Assembly (NCBI GenBank): GCA_964536215.1
Contig: CAZHWT010000002.1
Location: forward strand, 20,573-84,572
From: an uncultured Candidatus Saccharibacteria bacterium
GTDB taxonomy: Bacteria > Patescibacteriota > CAZHWT01
Reading direction: 5' to 3'
DNA length: 64,000 nucleotides
The translations under genes and the position numbers were made by a program. Positions 38,826 through 47,528 of the stretch are shown in pieces. How positions within the stretch are numbered: the first letter of the stretch is position 1; each line of letters opens with the position of its first letter. Below the pieces are notes generated by a model, which was given only the letters and a program-made list of their open reading frames with translations, searched no databases and had not been told where the DNA came from.

Positions 38826-39075
38826 AGGCTTGGTCGAGGGTGTAAGTCCTACCTTCTTCGACGTCTTTCCGCGCTTGGGCGATTGATTCGACATAGGTTT
38901 TGTCATGCAATTCCAATAAATCCTCAAGTAAGTCTGTATTAATCAAGGCAATAGCGGTTTTCTTATGGCGCTTAATTAAGGTTACCCCATCTTGCTCGGC
39001 CATATCTAACACACTAGATAAATTGTTCCGCACTTCAGTAGCTCCCACCACCTTAGTTACTTTTCCCTCAGACAT
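38803..39075 (-). CDS. Phd/YefM-family antitoxin
   Basis: The start MSEGKVTKVVGATEVRNNLSSVLDMAE... is typical of Phd/YefM. GGAGG RBS. Confidence 0.7.
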   Translation of the reverse strand: MSEGKVTKVVGATEVRNNLSSVLDMAEQDGVTLIKRHKKTAIALINTDLLEDLLELHDKTYVESIAQARKDVEEGRTYTLDQAFGHLIRE

Positions 39076-39157
39076 ATACACCTCCAGTGTCTTTGCTAAT
39101 TAGACATAATGTACGTTAATTATGTACATTTGTCAATAAAATATATCCCCAATAGTC

Positions 39158-39350
39158 TGGAGGTAAGCACAAAATCAAGTACGTACACATGTACGTACAC
39201 GTTTACGTACTAATCTACAAGCAGCTGAGAAGTATAAACAAAACCATACCTCCGATGGTTTCCTCTGCCAGAATATGAACATCTAATCCTAGAGCAATAA
39301 TGGACAAGCTAGGCGTCATGAGGTAAACACCAACTAGATGCTAGTGATCA
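39158..39350 (+). repeat. modular intergenic repeat copy B
   Basis: Contains GTACGTACACATGTACGTACACGTTTACGTAC (39179-39210) and a degenerate M3. Confidence 0.65.
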
Positions 39351-39436
39351 CAAATGCTAAGGGGGACTATTGCAGCCTGCCTGATGACTCCAGGAGAGCT
39401 AAGTGGTATTCTCCGCGCGTGACTAAAAGAAACCGC

Positions 39437-39814
39437 ATGGGAAAAACAATTATACCCTTTGGGGTTTACCCGGAAAAACATGAGCTAACTACGGCCGCGG
39501 TTTTTCTTAAGCAGGGGTTCGATGTCGAGTTTATCAAGCCCAAACGAACCAAAGGAGCCAAAAATACTGATATGAGGTTTAATGGAGTAGATTGGGAGGC
39601 CAAGAGTCCATTAGGCAACGGCAAGAAAACAGTGGAGAAACAGCTCCAGCGGGCAGGAAAACAATCTAAGAATATCATCATCGACAGCCGGGGAACAAAA
39701 CTAGATGACGAATACCTGGAAAAAGAGTTACGCAAAAAGTACGCACTCGTCCGATCGATCAAAAAGTTAATATTAATCAAGAAGACGGGTGATACTGTTG
39801 AATTTAACCGTTAA
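39437..39814 (+). CDS. hypothetical basic protein; possible PD-(D/E)xK-like nuclease motif (TD...EAK)
   Basis: ORF in the cassette array. The start was chosen downstream of the repeat remnant; the track ORF begins at 39338, inside the repeat. Confidence 0.4.
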   Translation: MGKTIIPFGVYPEKHELTTAAVFLKQGFDVEFIKPKRTKGAKNTDMRFNGVDWEAKSPLGNGKKTVEKQLQRAGKQSKNIIIDSRGTKLDDEYLEKELRKKYALVRSIKKLILIKKTGDTVEFNR

Positions 39815-39936
39815 ATATGCTACAAATAGACCATAAGCAAGCCACGGCAGTGTTGAATTACACAGCCCTGGCTTTCTTTTTTGTGCCGACATAAATCAAC
39901 ACGATTAAGAGACTCGTCCTTTCAACGGAAAACAAA

Positions 39937-40178
39937 CAGCTCGCCAGATAGCGATTAATAGATGGAGTATATCACTTTATCCTCAACGATCAGCAGGCAA
40001 GCACGAAATCTCGTACGTACACATGTACGTACACGTTTACGTACTAATCTAGAAGCAGCTGGGAAACAGAGATAAAACCATACACCTCAGACGGTTTCCT
40101 CTGCCAGGATATGAACATCTAACTATAGAACAATAACAGGCAGGCTACGTGTTCTGCGATAACCACCTGGAAGGTGGT
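39937..40178 (+). repeat. modular intergenic repeat copy C (most complete)
   Basis: CAGCTCGCCAGATAGCG leader, GTACGTAC box at 40013-40044, and M3 ending ACCTGGAAGGTGGT. Confidence 0.7.
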
Positions 40179-40245
40179 ATATATTCAAAACATCAGCTGA
40201 GGCAGACTAAGGATCAGGAGGTAAATGTCTAGAAGATTGGCAGTG

Positions 40246-40752
40246 TTAATCCTCAGGCAACAACTCCTCATCCTTAGCCTTAATTCGATTAGACTCTTTA
40301 GACTTTTGACTATAAAAATTATAAATCAAAATAGCTGCTTGGCCCAAAACGAGAGCAAAGCCAGCTACATTTTGACCATTGAGAATTAATACAAAGCCGC
40401 CAATTATCATAAATGAGGCTAAAATAAACGCTAATACTACTCCCAATCTCTCATTCGTTATATTACTTTGAACAACTTTGCTTTCCAGGCTCATTCGGTG
40501 AGTCGTCTGCATCATAGCCTGATTCACAATCTTCTTAGCGGCGCCTGGATATACTCGGTCATAACCAGCCAATATTTGAGGAGGAGGTAATGGCCCACTA
40601 AACTGTTCACCTGTAACAACCAATTCATGCAGAAGCTTTTGCTTCTTATCAGATGGAAGATTATCACTATCAAGTATGGAAGCTACAGTTTCCTCGACAG
40701 AATGCTTTTTATCAGCATGCAAGCCAGGTTTATTCTTAGAGTCAGATGCCAA
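40246..40752 (-). CDS. DUF2335-like membrane protein (phage-associated family)
   Basis: SGPLPPPQILAGYDRVYPG motif and two C-terminal TM helices. TTG start. Confidence 0.55.
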   Translation of the reverse strand: MASDSKNKPGLHADKKHSVEETVASILDSDNLPSDKKQKLLHELVVTGEQFSGPLPPPQILAGYDRVYPGAAKKIVNQAMMQTTHRMSLESKVVQSNITNERLGVVLAFILASFMIIGGFVLILNGQNVAGFALVLGQAAILIYNFYSQKSKESNRIKAKDEELLPED

Positions 40753-40795
40753 TGATTGTAATCTGCTATCGCTAGCATTATTTGTGTCGTTCGTA

Positions 40796-41044
40796 TTAAG
40801 GCATAAACTTATTTATAGAGCTATATAGACTGCGGCCAACTATCTGCCAGTCTCTCCGTATAGCCTTTGCATCAGCCTCCTTAGAAGAGGCGCTATAGTT
40901 ATATTTAGTTATCTGACCATAGAGGTCTAGTACTCTTGCAACGCCTCGCAAAAGAGATGGATTATTGTAAAGCCTAGAGGAAGTGTATGTTAAATTCTGC
41001 ATATATAAAGTATAGCTGATACATGTCAGTTTGCTAACAAGCAA
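40796..41044 (-). CDS. hypothetical protein
   Basis: 82-aa ORF. Confidence 0.3.
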   Translation of the reverse strand: MLVSKLTCISYTLYMQNLTYTSSRLYNNPSLLRGVARVLDLYGQITKYNYSASSKEADAKAIRRDWQIVGRSLYSSINKFMP

Positions 41045-41093
41045 TTAACTCTTATTATAGACTTGAGTGTCAAGTTGTTAGCATTAATTAGTT

Positions 41094-41282
41094 CTCAACA
41101 ATCAGCAGCCAAGCTCAAAATCTAGTACGCACACGTGTACGTACTAACCTAGAAGCAGCTGAGAAGTATAAAAAAATCATACGCCTCTCCCAGCCGGTTT
41201 CTTCTACCAAATCTAAACTCTTAGCCATTGGGTAGTAACAGGCAGACTAGATGTTCCGAGATAACTATCTAGTAGATAGTAC
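41094..41282 (+). repeat. modular intergenic repeat copy D
   Basis: AGTACGCACACGTGTACGTACT box at 41124-41145. M3 variant. Confidence 0.65.
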
Positions 41283-41362
41283 ATTTCACAAATTGACAGT
41301 AACCTATAGTGTATGTATAATGCACTAGTTGCATTTGTTACCAACAAAAGGAGAAGTAAGTG

Positions 41363-41677
41363 ATGAATGACTTTCCTATCGCTGTACAGAATGCAGTTGA
41401 TGCGACAAAAGAGCTGTGGAGACTGGCACGCAAATTCAAATCAAAGCAAGACAGGTTGGACAAGATTTACGCAAAAGCAGCTCGCGGCGAACGGCTTATT
41501 GAGACAGATTGGAGAGACCTGCTCAATATCCAAGATTCGATGGCCAGATATATCGCATATCGAGACGCCGTCAAGACTATTATTGGCGATGAAATACTAA
41601 CCGATGTCGCCAATGAGTTAGGCTTAGCAGAGACGAATATCCCAGAAGATATGTGGGGAATGCTCGGCAAATTGTGA
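41363..41677 (+). CDS. hypothetical protein
   Basis: AAGGAG RBS 9 nt before the ATG. Confidence 0.5.
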   Translation: MNDFPIAVQNAVDATKELWRLARKFKSKQDRLDKIYAKAARGERLIETDWRDLLNIQDSMARYIAYRDAVKTIIGDEILTDVANELGLAETNIPEDMWGMLGKL

Positions 41678-41766
41678 TTAAAACATCGAAAAAGAGAGTT
41701 CTCCTACAACCACCTTCACTTGCAGCCAGGCCATTGTGCCTGGCTGTTTCTAGCTGCTTTCTCTCT

Positions 41767-41798
41767 CAAATAAATATCCATTTAAATAGCCATTTATC
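41767..41798. repeat. dispersed element CAAATAAATATCCATTTAAATAGCCATTTATC
   Basis: Member of the 6-copy family. Confidence 0.7.
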
Positions 41799-41823
41799 TC
41801 ATTATCCTTTCAACCAAAATAAA

Positions 41824-42033
41824 AAGCTGGCCAGATAGCGAACAGTAAGCAAATTATAACACTTCATTCCCAACATCCATAGGCAGGCGCAAAACTAAGT
41901 ACGTACACATGTACGTACACGTTTACGTACCAACCTAGAAGCAGCTGATTAGTGTAAACAAAACCATACATCTGCCCCGTGATTAGTTTAGCAGGCAGAC
42001 TAGGTGTTCTGAGTAAGTGCCTGGAAGGTGGTG
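41824..42033 (+). repeat. modular intergenic repeat copy E
   Basis: GCTGGCCAGATAGCG leader, GTACGTAC box at 41899-41930, and M3 ending GCCTGGAAGGTGGTG. Confidence 0.7.
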
Positions 42034-42232
42034 AATACTATAGCTGCGCTTGCATCCCATAAGTAGACCGAGGAATGCCAGTCCAGTTGCTAAACAGTAG
42101 ATCTTTACTATATAAGCTATTTATGCTCGACTTTAAACTGGGGAGGAAGGAGTCTAACGCAATCAAGAAGAGCGGGGTGCAATAGAAGCTCTGGTATAAC
42201 GCCAGAGCTTCATAGTGCAATTCAACCTCAGC

Positions 42233-42472
42233 TTAGTGCTTGGTATCTTTTGGAGGGTTAGGATCCTTTGCCGGTTTTACTGTGTCGCTATCGCGAATAG
42301 GTCCTTTTGGACTGTGAATTCTCACTTCGCCTCCACCAGAATTAGCAGCCAATCGCTTGGCATCCACCTCTGCTTGACGTTGTGTTTGAGCATGGCTTGA
42401 AGCTCGAGAAGAGCCTTCTCGCTTTGCATCCCATCCACCTTTGGGGTTATGAGTTACGTGATAGTTTGCCAT
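42233..42472 (-). CDS. DUF2188-like protein
   Basis: NPKGGWDAKREGSSRASSH...DPNPPKD pattern. The ATG start overlaps the upstream stop (TAATG). Confidence 0.55.
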   Translation of the reverse strand: MANYHVTHNPKGGWDAKREGSSRASSHAQTQRQAEVDAKRLAANSGGGEVRIHSPKGPIRDSDTVKPAKDPNPPKDTKH

Positions 42473-42780
42473 TACTTTGCACTCCATCGACAAGCGCGTA
42501 GGCTATCTAAGTTATTATCGGTAGTGGCATCTGGAGACGACTTAATAATTCTGCGGCCACAGTTATCACAATTAACCGAGACAACCTTTGCAGTTGTACC
42601 GGTGCGCGATCCAACAGTGTAAAACGAATCGCCATTATCTATCGCGCTTAATACCTGAGACAAAGACAGCCGTCTGGCAGCATTGTCAGGGGCATCTCCG
42701 ACGCCCACAGTTACGATGTGCGCATGAGTAGTTGGCTCATTGATTGGTTCTTGGTTTGTACAGACAATTCTGTAGGTCAT
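42472..42780 (-). CDS. DUF3892-like protein
   Basis: MTYRIVCTNQ...HAHIVTVGVG pattern. AAGGAGA RBS. Confidence 0.55.
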   Translation of the reverse strand: MTYRIVCTNQEPINEPTTHAHIVTVGVGDAPDNAARRLSLSQVLSAIDNGDSFYTVGSRTGTTAKVVSVNCDNCGRRIIKSSPDATTDNNLDSLRACRWSAK

Positions 42781-42929
42781 AAAATATCTCCTTAATTAAT
42801 GTAATCCATTGACTTTTAGGCCTACAGATTGTATTATACAAGCATAGGCCTATAATATTTGGTATCATCCTTTATTATTGGTTCACGAACCACGAGATTG
42901 TCGTCTCGTGGTTCTTCAGTTATAGGTAG

Positions 42930-43343
42930 TCATATCGCGCTCACCTCCTCAGATTGTTTTTCCTTTAAATAGATAATATACAAATCCCCTTCTCCTTCTA
43001 GCCCTGCTTCTGAAAGCGGCTTTTTCTCGTAATCATATCGACCGGCATATTTTTTCGTGTTTATCCTGTTTGCCTTAAAGAAGCTATTGGCCAAGATGTG
43101 CCCGCCATAGTTAGAGCTTTTAGTAATAGCTATCCTACCTTGTTCGTCTTCGCTATTAGTAAACATGACCCCAATAGCATTCAGGTTGCTGTCGTAGTAT
43201 AGTACCCCAAATTTGTAGCTATCAATATAATTCTGTTTGTAAAATTGGGTAGGGAAACCTACGGCTCTATTTCGAGTGATAGTAATACGGTCTTCGAACC
43301 GCTTCCCTACAGCCGTAAAACGTTGAAAGTTAAAATTACTCAT
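42930..43343 (-). CDS. hypothetical protein
   Basis: 137-aa ORF. Confidence 0.5.
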   Translation of the reverse strand: MSNFNFQRFTAVGKRFEDRITITRNRAVGFPTQFYKQNYIDSYKFGVLYYDSNLNAIGVMFTNSEDEQGRIAITKSSNYGGHILANSFFKANRINTKKYAGRYDYEKKPLSEAGLEGEGDLYIIYLKEKQSEEVSAI

Positions 43344-43911
43344 GATTTACTTGTACACCCTGAAAGTAAGATATGTCAAGTATGTACAAAAAGTAATGTG
43401 GAACTTTGGAACATTATTTAACTGGAGGTAGATATAGATTCGGAATCCCGTTGCAGCAAAAACTTAGCTAATCGTCTAGTAACACAGATCGGGTGTCTGA
43501 AGCTATCCAAATCTTAAGCAAAATGTACCTCAATCGATTAAAGCGTAGAAGATTCTAAATGCACGACCGAATTGATGTTAAAGAGAAAGACAAACCGGAG
43601 CAACTATGTAATAAATAATCTTTTGGTAGAAACATTAATATTAAATGCGACTGATTCAGAATAATCGGTTGATGCCCTACTGTTGTGGTAAGAACGAAAA
43701 AAATCCGCTCAATCGACCGAAATGCAGTGTGACTAGGCTAAGATTATTGGGTTAAATAGCAGCTACTTTAAAAATTAACTCCGGCTTCATCAAAATCATT
43801 CTTCAACAGAGTTTCTAGCTTGAAAATTAAACTTATCTGCCATCTAGTTGCCGAATAAGTTCCGTGCAGGCCCATAGCTCTCAATCGTCCTACACCCAAT
43901 TATGCGCTCTG

Positions 43912-43984
43912 TGGAGATGACGGGAGTCGAACCCGTTCCTCTCTCTTGATAAGAGAGTGATCTAACCGCTAATTCTACATCCCC
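43912..43984 (-). tRNA. tRNA-like gene with atypical anticodon loop UUAUCAA (apparent anticodon ATC)
   Basis: Canonical T-arm (ACGGG-TTCGACT-CCCGT), a 7-bp acceptor stem, GG in the D-loop, and an A.A mismatch in the D-stem. No encoded CCA. Confidence 0.55.
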
Positions 43985-44091
43985 ACAGAGACCACAATTC
44001 ATCTGTCTACAATCTTACCTATAGTACCATAAACAAACCCGAATAGCCGACAGGCGAGCAAACAAATGATGTGAGCTAAACCATCACTTAA

Positions 44092-44742
44092 TCAAGATTG
44101 CTGCTTGCCTTCAGCTTGTTTCAGTTTGACAGTCTCAATAATCTGTTGGCAATAGTCACAAATAATAGCGCAACACTCACCAGTAAGATTAATAGAGACA
44201 GTCTTATGGTTATGCTTAAAAGAATGGTGGCCAATTGTAAAATCCACCATTCTAGCAGAAGAACCCTCGTCCTGTTCTCCCGAAACTCTACCTGCGTACA
44301 AAATGCTAGCGGAATTAGGATGGACAAATTCACTCAGTTGGTCGTAAGAACTTCGCAAATTTGGATGCGCATTAGTAGCCTTATCGATACAGGTCAATAT
44401 GTTTACAGACTGCGCCTCACTACCTGGCTCTCTCGAGCCATACAAGAATATATTAAAAACCTCAGCAGAGCTAGCGGTTTTTACCTTGTCCAGAGCATAG
44501 TACACAAGACCAACAGTCTCCAATAAACCTCGTATAATTGCGAAAGAGGTCAATGGTCTATTACTCTCAATCGACCAGATAGCTGATTCAGTCAACTCTT
44601 GAGTCCTGTTCAAAACACCAGTAACAAAAACTGTATGGGGATAGATTTTTCCTGTATCAGCAAAAAGCACTAATCCAGTATCAGTCAATTTTGGCAAAAG
44701 GTTTTTGAGCTGTTCAATGTCGGTATAGCTAACTTGATCCAT
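44092..44742 (-). CDS. hypothetical protein co-transcribed downstream of the MmeI-like enzyme
   Basis: AAGGAG RBS. Overlaps the upstream gene by 14 nt. Confidence 0.5.
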   Translation of the reverse strand: MDQVSYTDIEQLKNLLPKLTDTGLVLFADTGKIYPHTVFVTGVLNRTQELTESAIWSIESNRPLTSFAIIRGLLETVGLVYYALDKVKTASSAEVFNIFLYGSREPGSEAQSVNILTCIDKATNAHPNLRSSYDQLSEFVHPNSASILYAGRVSGEQDEGSSARMVDFTIGHHSFKHNHKTVSINLTGECCAIICDYCQQIIETVKLKQAEGKQQS

Positions 44743-47464
44743 CTCGCTCCTTATATTTATTAAACAATAATGCCACTCTTTCCGCGTCGTCGGCGAAAGG
44801 TTTCTTGCGGTAGAGTTTGTCTATGGCTTTATCTAGGCTTTTGTGGGCCTTGAGGAGGTCGGGGGGCATGGTTAGGGGGTCGTAGAGGTCAGCTAGGGTG
44901 CTGTTAGGGTAATTGCCGCGAGTGGCTAGGATGGCTTGAGCTAAGGTTTCTATCTCTGATTTTTGGTCCTCAGTTACGTTTTCCGGCCAGACGAAGTTGT
45001 TGTAAACAATATCTTTGGAATATTGATAATCGCTCTTTAGCCGGCCCGTGACCGCCCTTGTCCAAGACATGTGCATCCCAGATGTAAGTACAGCAAACTC
45101 GTACAGATTCGCATGATCAACCAATCTCAATTTATTACTACAAAGCACATCAGGGCCAAGGAATTGTATGGGTATGTAATTTCTGCGTTCTGAGGATACT
45201 TCAGGAAGAGCAATGTAGTTTGACTTCGAAATAAATCGGGTATGAAATCGAGTGGGATAATCTGCAATCTTTCTAGTAGAAGAACTTGGGCTAGATAAGC
45301 GATACTGTCTAACGGCCTCAATACGCTTTAAGACATGCGGCATGGTCTTGAGTTCGGAAGGGCTTGCTTCGTCCAAATATAAATACCACCTCTCAATCCC
45401 ATTCAAGAACTCAACCCCGCCCAACCATCGCTTGAAGAACTTCTCAGCATTGAGCTCTAGTTGTAAAAATTCCGCTTTCTCCTGGGGGGTAAACAAATAA
45501 TTGCCGCCATCGATAGGCTTATTCCCCGATACCATAACTGGCACATCGCAAATTGGCTTGCTTCGACTCTGAATAAGCACATCAGGTGCGTTAACCAGAT
45601 AGGGATTAATGTGCTCTACTGATTGTTCTACAGCCTCGCCACGAATATCTGGGTAGTCAAAAATATATTTATCTTTGGCTTGATGAGAATCTTTGGAAAA
45701 GCCGATGATCACACAGTAGACAGCCGCCACACCTTTGGCATCGTTGGTCCACTTAAACGTTCGGTGAGCAAAATTAATGGCAATATGTAGGTCAAATAGA
45801 TACTTCCATAGAATACCGACCTGCTCGCCCTGAGTAATCGAATTAGTCGACACCAAAGCAGCTCGAACGGCTGGATTACTATCCATCATTCGGGCAGCCT
45901 TAGCGTACCACGCGCTGACAAAATCCAAAACTCCCACCTTATCTTGCCCATTAAAAACCGCCTTTACCTCATCCCTCTGCGTTTGAGACATAATCTTAGC
46001 TCCAATAAACGGCGGGTTACCTATAATAAAGTCTAACTTTTGTGGCTCTATGACTTCGGTCCAATCCTGCTGCAGCGCATTAGCATTCACAATATTAGCG
46101 CTCTTAGTCAGCGGCAACCGCTTAAAGGTGGAACCGGACAACTGGCTAAATTCCATGTTCATCTGGTGGTCGGTTAGCCATAGTGCGGTTTGGGCGATGA
46201 GGGCGGGGAATTCTTCGATTTCTATCCCGTTCATTTGGTCCACATTAACCCGCACCCTAGACCCCACTCCCTCCAACCCACTAGCATCAAAAATATTCCC
46301 CTTATCCTTGTATAACAAATCAATCACCTTATGCTCCAACCGTCGCAACTCCCGATAAGTAATCACCAAAAAATTCCCACTCCCACACGCCGGATCCAAA
46401 AACGTCAACCCAGCCAGCTTATCGTGAAACTCCGCCAATTTAGCCTTACTCCGCTTAACCCGGGCAAACTCCTCATACAACCCATCCAAAAATAACGGCT
46501 TAATTACCTTAAGAATATTAGCCTCCGACGTATAATGAGCTCCCAAATTACGCCGCTCCGCCTCATCCATAACTCCCTGGAACATACTGCCAAAAATAGC
46601 CGGCGACACCTTACTCCAATCCAGACGCATCGCCATCAACACCTGCTGTCGCATATCCGACCTAAACGACGGCGTTCGTAAACTCTCGGCAAACAACCCA
46701 CCATTTATATACGGAAAACTAGCCAAATCCTGGTCCAGCGAACTCTGCCGTTGATCCTCTGGTGTCCGCAGCACCTCAAAAAACTCCCGCATCCGACTAC
46801 CGAAATCCGACCCATCCGGGGCTGTTCGCCGCTCCAAATACTCCTCCAGACTCTTGCGAGCAAAAATCCCCGCATCGTCAGCAAAAAAGCAGAACACCAA
46901 CCGCACCAGCAATAACTCCAAATCGTGCCCAGTATAATTATCCTCCCGCAAGGCATTATGTAGCCGAGCCATAGCCTCCGCCGCCTGCCGGTTAACCGGC
47001 TCCTCCTCGGCCAACTGCCGACTCTGCTGTCCCACCAAAAAGCCAAACAACCGCACCTGCTTAGGCAAGTCGGCTAAGACAAACTCTGTCTCCGCCTTAG
47101 ACTCCAAATCAATAAACCGGAAAGTAGCAAAATCGCTCACCACAATCCCTAGCGGCAAATCCGCATCTGGCATATTAGGCAAATAATCATAGGCCTGAAC
47201 CTTAGCATCGCCCAAATCTCGACCGCCCGACTTCTGCTCCGCTAACAACTTACCCGGCCAGAACAAATCAATAAACCCCTGCTGACCGCCGGACTTCTTA
47301 ATCGCGTATTCAAAAAAGGCTCCATGCCGCCGCCTATCCACCCCAAACACATCCAAAAATTCCGACCAAAACGACTGTGACTCCCCCTTCTCGTACGTCT
47401 CGCCCGCCCACCGAGAGGCAAAAGCTACCGCACGTGATTCAATTTCATTCCAGGAAAGAGGCAT
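44729..47464 (-). CDS. MmeI-family Type IIL restriction-modification enzyme (fused endonuclease / gamma-class N6-adenine methyltransferase / TRD)
   Basis: The N-terminus LSWNEIESRAVAFASRW...FFEYAIKK...GFIDLFWPGKLLAEQKSGGRDL matches the MmeI N-terminal domain. Methyltransferase motifs are LDPACGSGNFLV and IIGNPPF. 911 aa. Confidence 0.8.
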   Translation of the reverse strand: MPLSWNEIESRAVAFASRWAGETYEKGESQSFWSEFLDVFGVDRRRHGAFFEYAIKKSGGQQGFIDLFWPGKLLAEQKSGGRDLGDAKVQAYDYLPNMPDADLPLGIVVSDFATFRFIDLESKAETEFVLADLPKQVRLFGFLVGQQSRQLAEEEPVNRQAAEAMARLHNALREDNYTGHDLELLLVRLVFCFFADDAGIFARKSLEEYLERRTAPDGSDFGSRMREFFEVLRTPEDQRQSSLDQDLASFPYINGGLFAESLRTPSFRSDMRQQVLMAMRLDWSKVSPAIFGSMFQGVMDEAERRNLGAHYTSEANILKVIKPLFLDGLYEEFARVKRSKAKLAEFHDKLAGLTFLDPACGSGNFLVITYRELRRLEHKVIDLLYKDKGNIFDASGLEGVGSRVRVNVDQMNGIEIEEFPALIAQTALWLTDHQMNMEFSQLSGSTFKRLPLTKSANIVNANALQQDWTEVIEPQKLDFIIGNPPFIGAKIMSQTQRDEVKAVFNGQDKVGVLDFVSAWYAKAARMMDSNPAVRAALVSTNSITQGEQVGILWKYLFDLHIAINFAHRTFKWTNDAKGVAAVYCVIIGFSKDSHQAKDKYIFDYPDIRGEAVEQSVEHINPYLVNAPDVLIQSRSKPICDVPVMVSGNKPIDGGNYLFTPQEKAEFLQLELNAEKFFKRWLGGVEFLNGIERWYLYLDEASPSELKTMPHVLKRIEAVRQYRLSSPSSSTRKIADYPTRFHTRFISKSNYIALPEVSSERRNYIPIQFLGPDVLCSNKLRLVDHANLYEFAVLTSGMHMSWTRAVTGRLKSDYQYSKDIVYNNFVWPENVTEDQKSEIETLAQAILATRGNYPNSTLADLYDPLTMPPDLLKAHKSLDKAIDKLYRKKPFADDAERVALLFNKYKERDGSS

Positions 47465-47483
47465 AGTTTTGTTATTAGTTATT

Positions 47484-47528
47484 TCCGCCAGAGGCGGACT
47501 ATCGGGTTACTTTCCGCCAGAGGCGGAC
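47484..47528. promoter_or_regulatory. two direct copies of palindrome TTCCGCCAGAGGCGGAC upstream of the MmeI-like gene
   Basis: Copies at 47484-47500 and 47512-47528. A third copy (TTCCGCCAGAGGTGGACAGG) lies at 2780-2799. Confidence 0.5.

Noticed and set aside
36240-42040. Possible CRISPR array suggested by regularly recurring intergenic repeats
   Set aside because: Repeat units are 150-250 bp, modular and of unequal length. The 'spacers' are 0.3-1 kb and contain RBS-preceded protein-coding genes. There are no short 25-40-bp direct repeats with uniform spacers.
43912-43984. Reading the odd tRNA on the plus strand, where the anticodon loop would be TTGATAA (tRNA-Ile GAT)
   Set aside because: On the plus strand the T-arm and D-arm positions are swapped, with the TTCGA-type loop at the 5' side and no GG D-loop. 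Only the minus-strand orientation gives a cloverleaf with a canonical T-loop.
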